From Squalus acanthias (lineage: Eukaryota), in assembly GCA_030390025.1 (NCBI GenBank), contig CM059432.1:43960001-44024000 (forward strand): 64,000 nt of DNA. The letters run 5' to 3'. Shown here one piece after another: positions 61,005 to 64,000 of this stretch (within the stretch, counting starts at the first letter, position 1; each line of letters opens with the position of its first letter). A program made the translations under genes and the position numbers. Under the pieces are notes generated by a model. It saw nothing but the letters and a program-made list of their open reading frames with translations, was not told the origin of the DNA and ran no database searches.

Positions 61005-61955
61005 TAGAATCAGAGAATCATAGAAATTTACGGCACAGAAGGAGGCCATTCAGCCCATCGTGTCTGCGCCGGTCAAAAAAGAGCTATCCAGCCTAATCCC
61101 ACTTTCCAGCTCTTGGTCCGTAGCCTTGCAGTTTACGGCACCTCAAGTGCATATCCAAGTACTTTTTAAATGTGATGAGGATTTTTGCCTCTATCACCCT
61201 TTCAGACAGTGAGTTCCAGACCCCCACCACCCTCTGAGTGAAAAAAGTTCTCAACTCTCCTCTAATCACAACAAAAAAAAAACTCTCCTCTAATCCTTCT
61301 ACCAATTACTTTAAATCTATGCCACCTGGTTATTGACCCCTCTGCTAAGGGAAATAGGTCCTTCCTATCCACTCTGTCTAGGCCCTTCATAATTTTATAC
61401 ACCTCAATTAAGTCTCCCCTCAGCCTCCTCTGTTACAAAGAAAACAACCCCAGCCTATCCAATCTTTACTCATCGCTAAAATTCTCCAGTCTAGGCAACA
61501 TCCTCGTAAATCTCCTCTGTACCCTCTTTAGTGCAATCACATATTTCCTGTAATGTGGTGACCAGAACTGTACGCAGTGCTCTAGCTGTGGCCTAACTAG
61601 TGTTTTATACAGTTCTAGCATAACCTCTCTGCTCTTATATTCTATGCCTCGGCTAAGTAAAGTATCCCGTATGCCTTCTTAACCACCTTATCTACCTGTC
61701 CTGCTACCTTCAGGGATCTGTGGACATGCACTCCTAGGTCCCTCTGTTCCTCCACATTTCTCAGTATCCGATCATTTATTGGGTATTCCCTTGCCTTGTT
61801 AGCCCTCCCCAAATGCATTACCTCACACTTCTCCAGATTGAATTCCATTTGCCACTTTTCTGCCCACCTGACCAGTCCATTGATATCTTCCTGCAGTCTA
61901 CAGCTATCTCCCTCACTATCAACCACACAGCCAATTTTTGTATCATCTGCAAACT
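61005..61955 (-). mobile_element. CR1 LINE 3' fragment
   Basis: FADDTK...WAEKWQMEFN...FFTQRVVGVWNSL; tail agaatc repeats. Confidence 0.92.
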
Positions 61956-62334
61956 AGAACTGGTGCACTGAACAAAACAGTTGTCATGATTCTAAGGCTC
62001 AGAAAATATGTCTTCCAAAAAATCCTCCCTTGAAGCAGCTAGATTCTAGTCAAGTGCATTCATAGCAATTGGAGGAGTTTCATTCAGTATGCTTTGTTTT
62101 GAAACTATCATCTAACTTGTACTTGCTGCTGGGCCAATAAATTTCTCTTCCATAGGGACTGTGCTCTGACATGATGGGGAGGCTTGCGTTTTCCTTTCAC
62201 CCCAAGACTATGCTAGCTGGAGTATAACTCCTGGTAAGGCCGACAAACCAGACAGGTTAAAAGGTAGGAGCCAAACTAAAGACAGTCCACCAATCCTGCA
62301 GGTAGAGGGTAGCAAGTCAGGCTAACAAATGTCC

Positions 62335-62471
62335 CCAGTTCTGACAAAGGGTCATCGACCTGAAACATTAACTCTGTTTCTCTCTCCACAGATGCTGCCT
62401 GACCTGCTGAGTATTTCCAGCATTTTCTGTTTTTATTTCAGATTTCCAGCATCCGCAGTATTTTGCTTTTG
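62335..62471 (+). mobile_element. Short Penelope-type insertion (hammerhead core mutated to CTGACAA)
   Basis: 12-bp TSD TAACAAATGTCC (62323-62334, 62472-62483); same family as 59167-59291. Confidence 0.85.
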
Positions 62472-62899
62472 TAACAAATGTCCATGTAAGAATGCCTTTT
62501 GTTATAGAAAGCACCCAGAGATAAGACTTGCAAATATAAAAATCAAATTTGGAAATCCACAATCTGCTGGATGTAGGCAAGATGATACACCGATTGGAGT
62601 GAAATATCTTGCTCTGGACAAACATCAGTGGAAGAAATGGTTTGCCTTCTGCGTCACTAGGCACACGAGACTCTAATTACCTATGAATCTCCCTCTCCTG
62701 TGCCCTGGTACAACTTAAATCAAGTATAAAAACACCTGAATAAGACAATTTTAAATATTTTAATATGTTCAATACTACCAGTACTGGAATGCAGTAAACA
62801 GCATAACCAGGGCTACAATTTAACAATGACTTGATTGCAGGGATTTTCTGCCCTTTTTACATGTGTAAGTCAGGTGAACCCGAGTGGAAAAGTTCTCAG

Positions 62900-64000
62900 C
62901 CCACTTGTGTACCGGATGCATTTCCAGCAGTGGGATAAAAGGGGATAGGAAGCACGTGCCTGAAACAGGCAGGAGCTTCATTAAAATATTTAAATGTTAG
63001 GCTGCGAACATCCAACATGCAATTGCCTGCCCACACATAATGGTAGCCTTGGGTTGCTCGTGACAGGGAAATACATGGAAATTCACTTAATGGTTTTGTT
63101 TTCTGTTGCCACTTATTTTGTGGAATCTGTGTGGCAATTGCTCTGCTTCTTTCCCCCCCGCCAATAGCTCCATTACTGTCACCAAATAGGTTTCCCAACA
63201 GAAATTCATCATCTCAGCTTTCTACAGGATGAAGTGGACGTCAAACCACTGGTACTGCCACATCTGCATTGACAAATACCTCACTTTTTAGAGGATGAAT
63301 GCATGCAGAAGCTCCAATTCCCAAGGTAGGCTGTGACAACAGACAGGTGAAACAAATACAATAGGTGAATGTCTGACTAGCTGTACACCTGGCTGGTCCT
63401 TTCCAATCATAGTGTGCCATACTTTCAGCAGCATTGCTTGAAAGTAGGCATGGCCTAATTGGATTCATCCACCAACACCCCAGCAACCATATCTGCAGGA
63501 TTTGGTGCATATACCTACTTTGCAATGCCCATTGGGAAATGTTTTCAGAGTCCCGGTCAGCAGGGAATCTCATACCGATCTGCAAGGACCCCGGAACTAA
63601 AATGCAACATGGCCAGTGACAGTAATGGTCAGCTGTGGCCTCAAACCTGCCTCCAGGTATACTGCAGTGCTTGCCCATCCAGATGCTGCCACGGAATGAC
63701 AAAAGGGCCAATCTCCGAGCAACAACCTCGCAAAGCACCATCGCCAATTCAGCAACCATTAAACATTTAAAATTAAGGCCATTGGTTAATGAGGTCAAAT
63801 TTCAGTTTATTATGCAGGATTTTCATCAGTGTTGAAGACTGTAGTTCGCGATTATGGCCTTTTTCCCACAAAAACTGCAAATTACTGGCCTTGGCTATAA
63901 CTACTTCCTGTGGTAGGCCCTCTCGCGTGCCCACCTGAAAGGCTTGGAACATGATTACCACTAGAATACATGCCACCTGCTGGTCACATTTAGCCATTAA
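62900..64000 (-). pseudogene. Possible ancient remnant of an RLE-endonuclease non-LTR element (R2/R4/NeSL-like)
   Basis: Broken frames with PCLL...ESMAHY and VFVNADVAVP, weakly like the CCHC and D-V-x-V-P RLE motifs. Confidence 0.3.

Noticed and set aside
62165..62330. Possible RTE-like 5' UTR with an HDV-type ribozyme
   Set aside because: Only loose resemblance from memory; I could not build the nested double pseudoknot by eye.

Overview
Eukaryotic vertebrate DNA, very probably from a cartilaginous fish (shark). This is inferred from the repeat landscape: CR1 LINEs, Deu-core tRNA SINEs, Harbinger Myb/SANT elements and Penelope-type hammerhead repeats. The window covers the last six coding exons of a minus-strand leucine-rich-repeat gene, most likely LRRC69 (exons at 57845-57917, 56496-56691, 34344-34415, 17828-17929, 1955-2128 and 749-859), whose introns are filled with transposons. 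The highlight is a young, structurally complete 9.26-kb LTR provirus-like element (24141-33400, + strand, antisense in an intron). It has ~99.5%-identical 1.63/1.65-kb LTRs, a 4-bp TTTC target duplication, an 18-nt tRNA-Arg(UCG) primer-binding site, and an intact Gag with overlapping PSAP/PPxY late motifs and a CCHC knuckle. The Gag stop lies in a UGA-CUAG readthrough context leading into an in-frame non-Pol ORF that sits where pol should be. An intact 783-aa envelope joins an Ig-like domain to an F-protein-type (paramyxo/lokiretrovirus-like) fusogen. No protease, RT, RNase H or integrase core is present. Also notable are a 1.5-kb 21-bp minisatellite inside a Harbinger element and several short retroposons carrying minimal hammerhead ribozymes. 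All calls come from reading the sequence; no database search was run.
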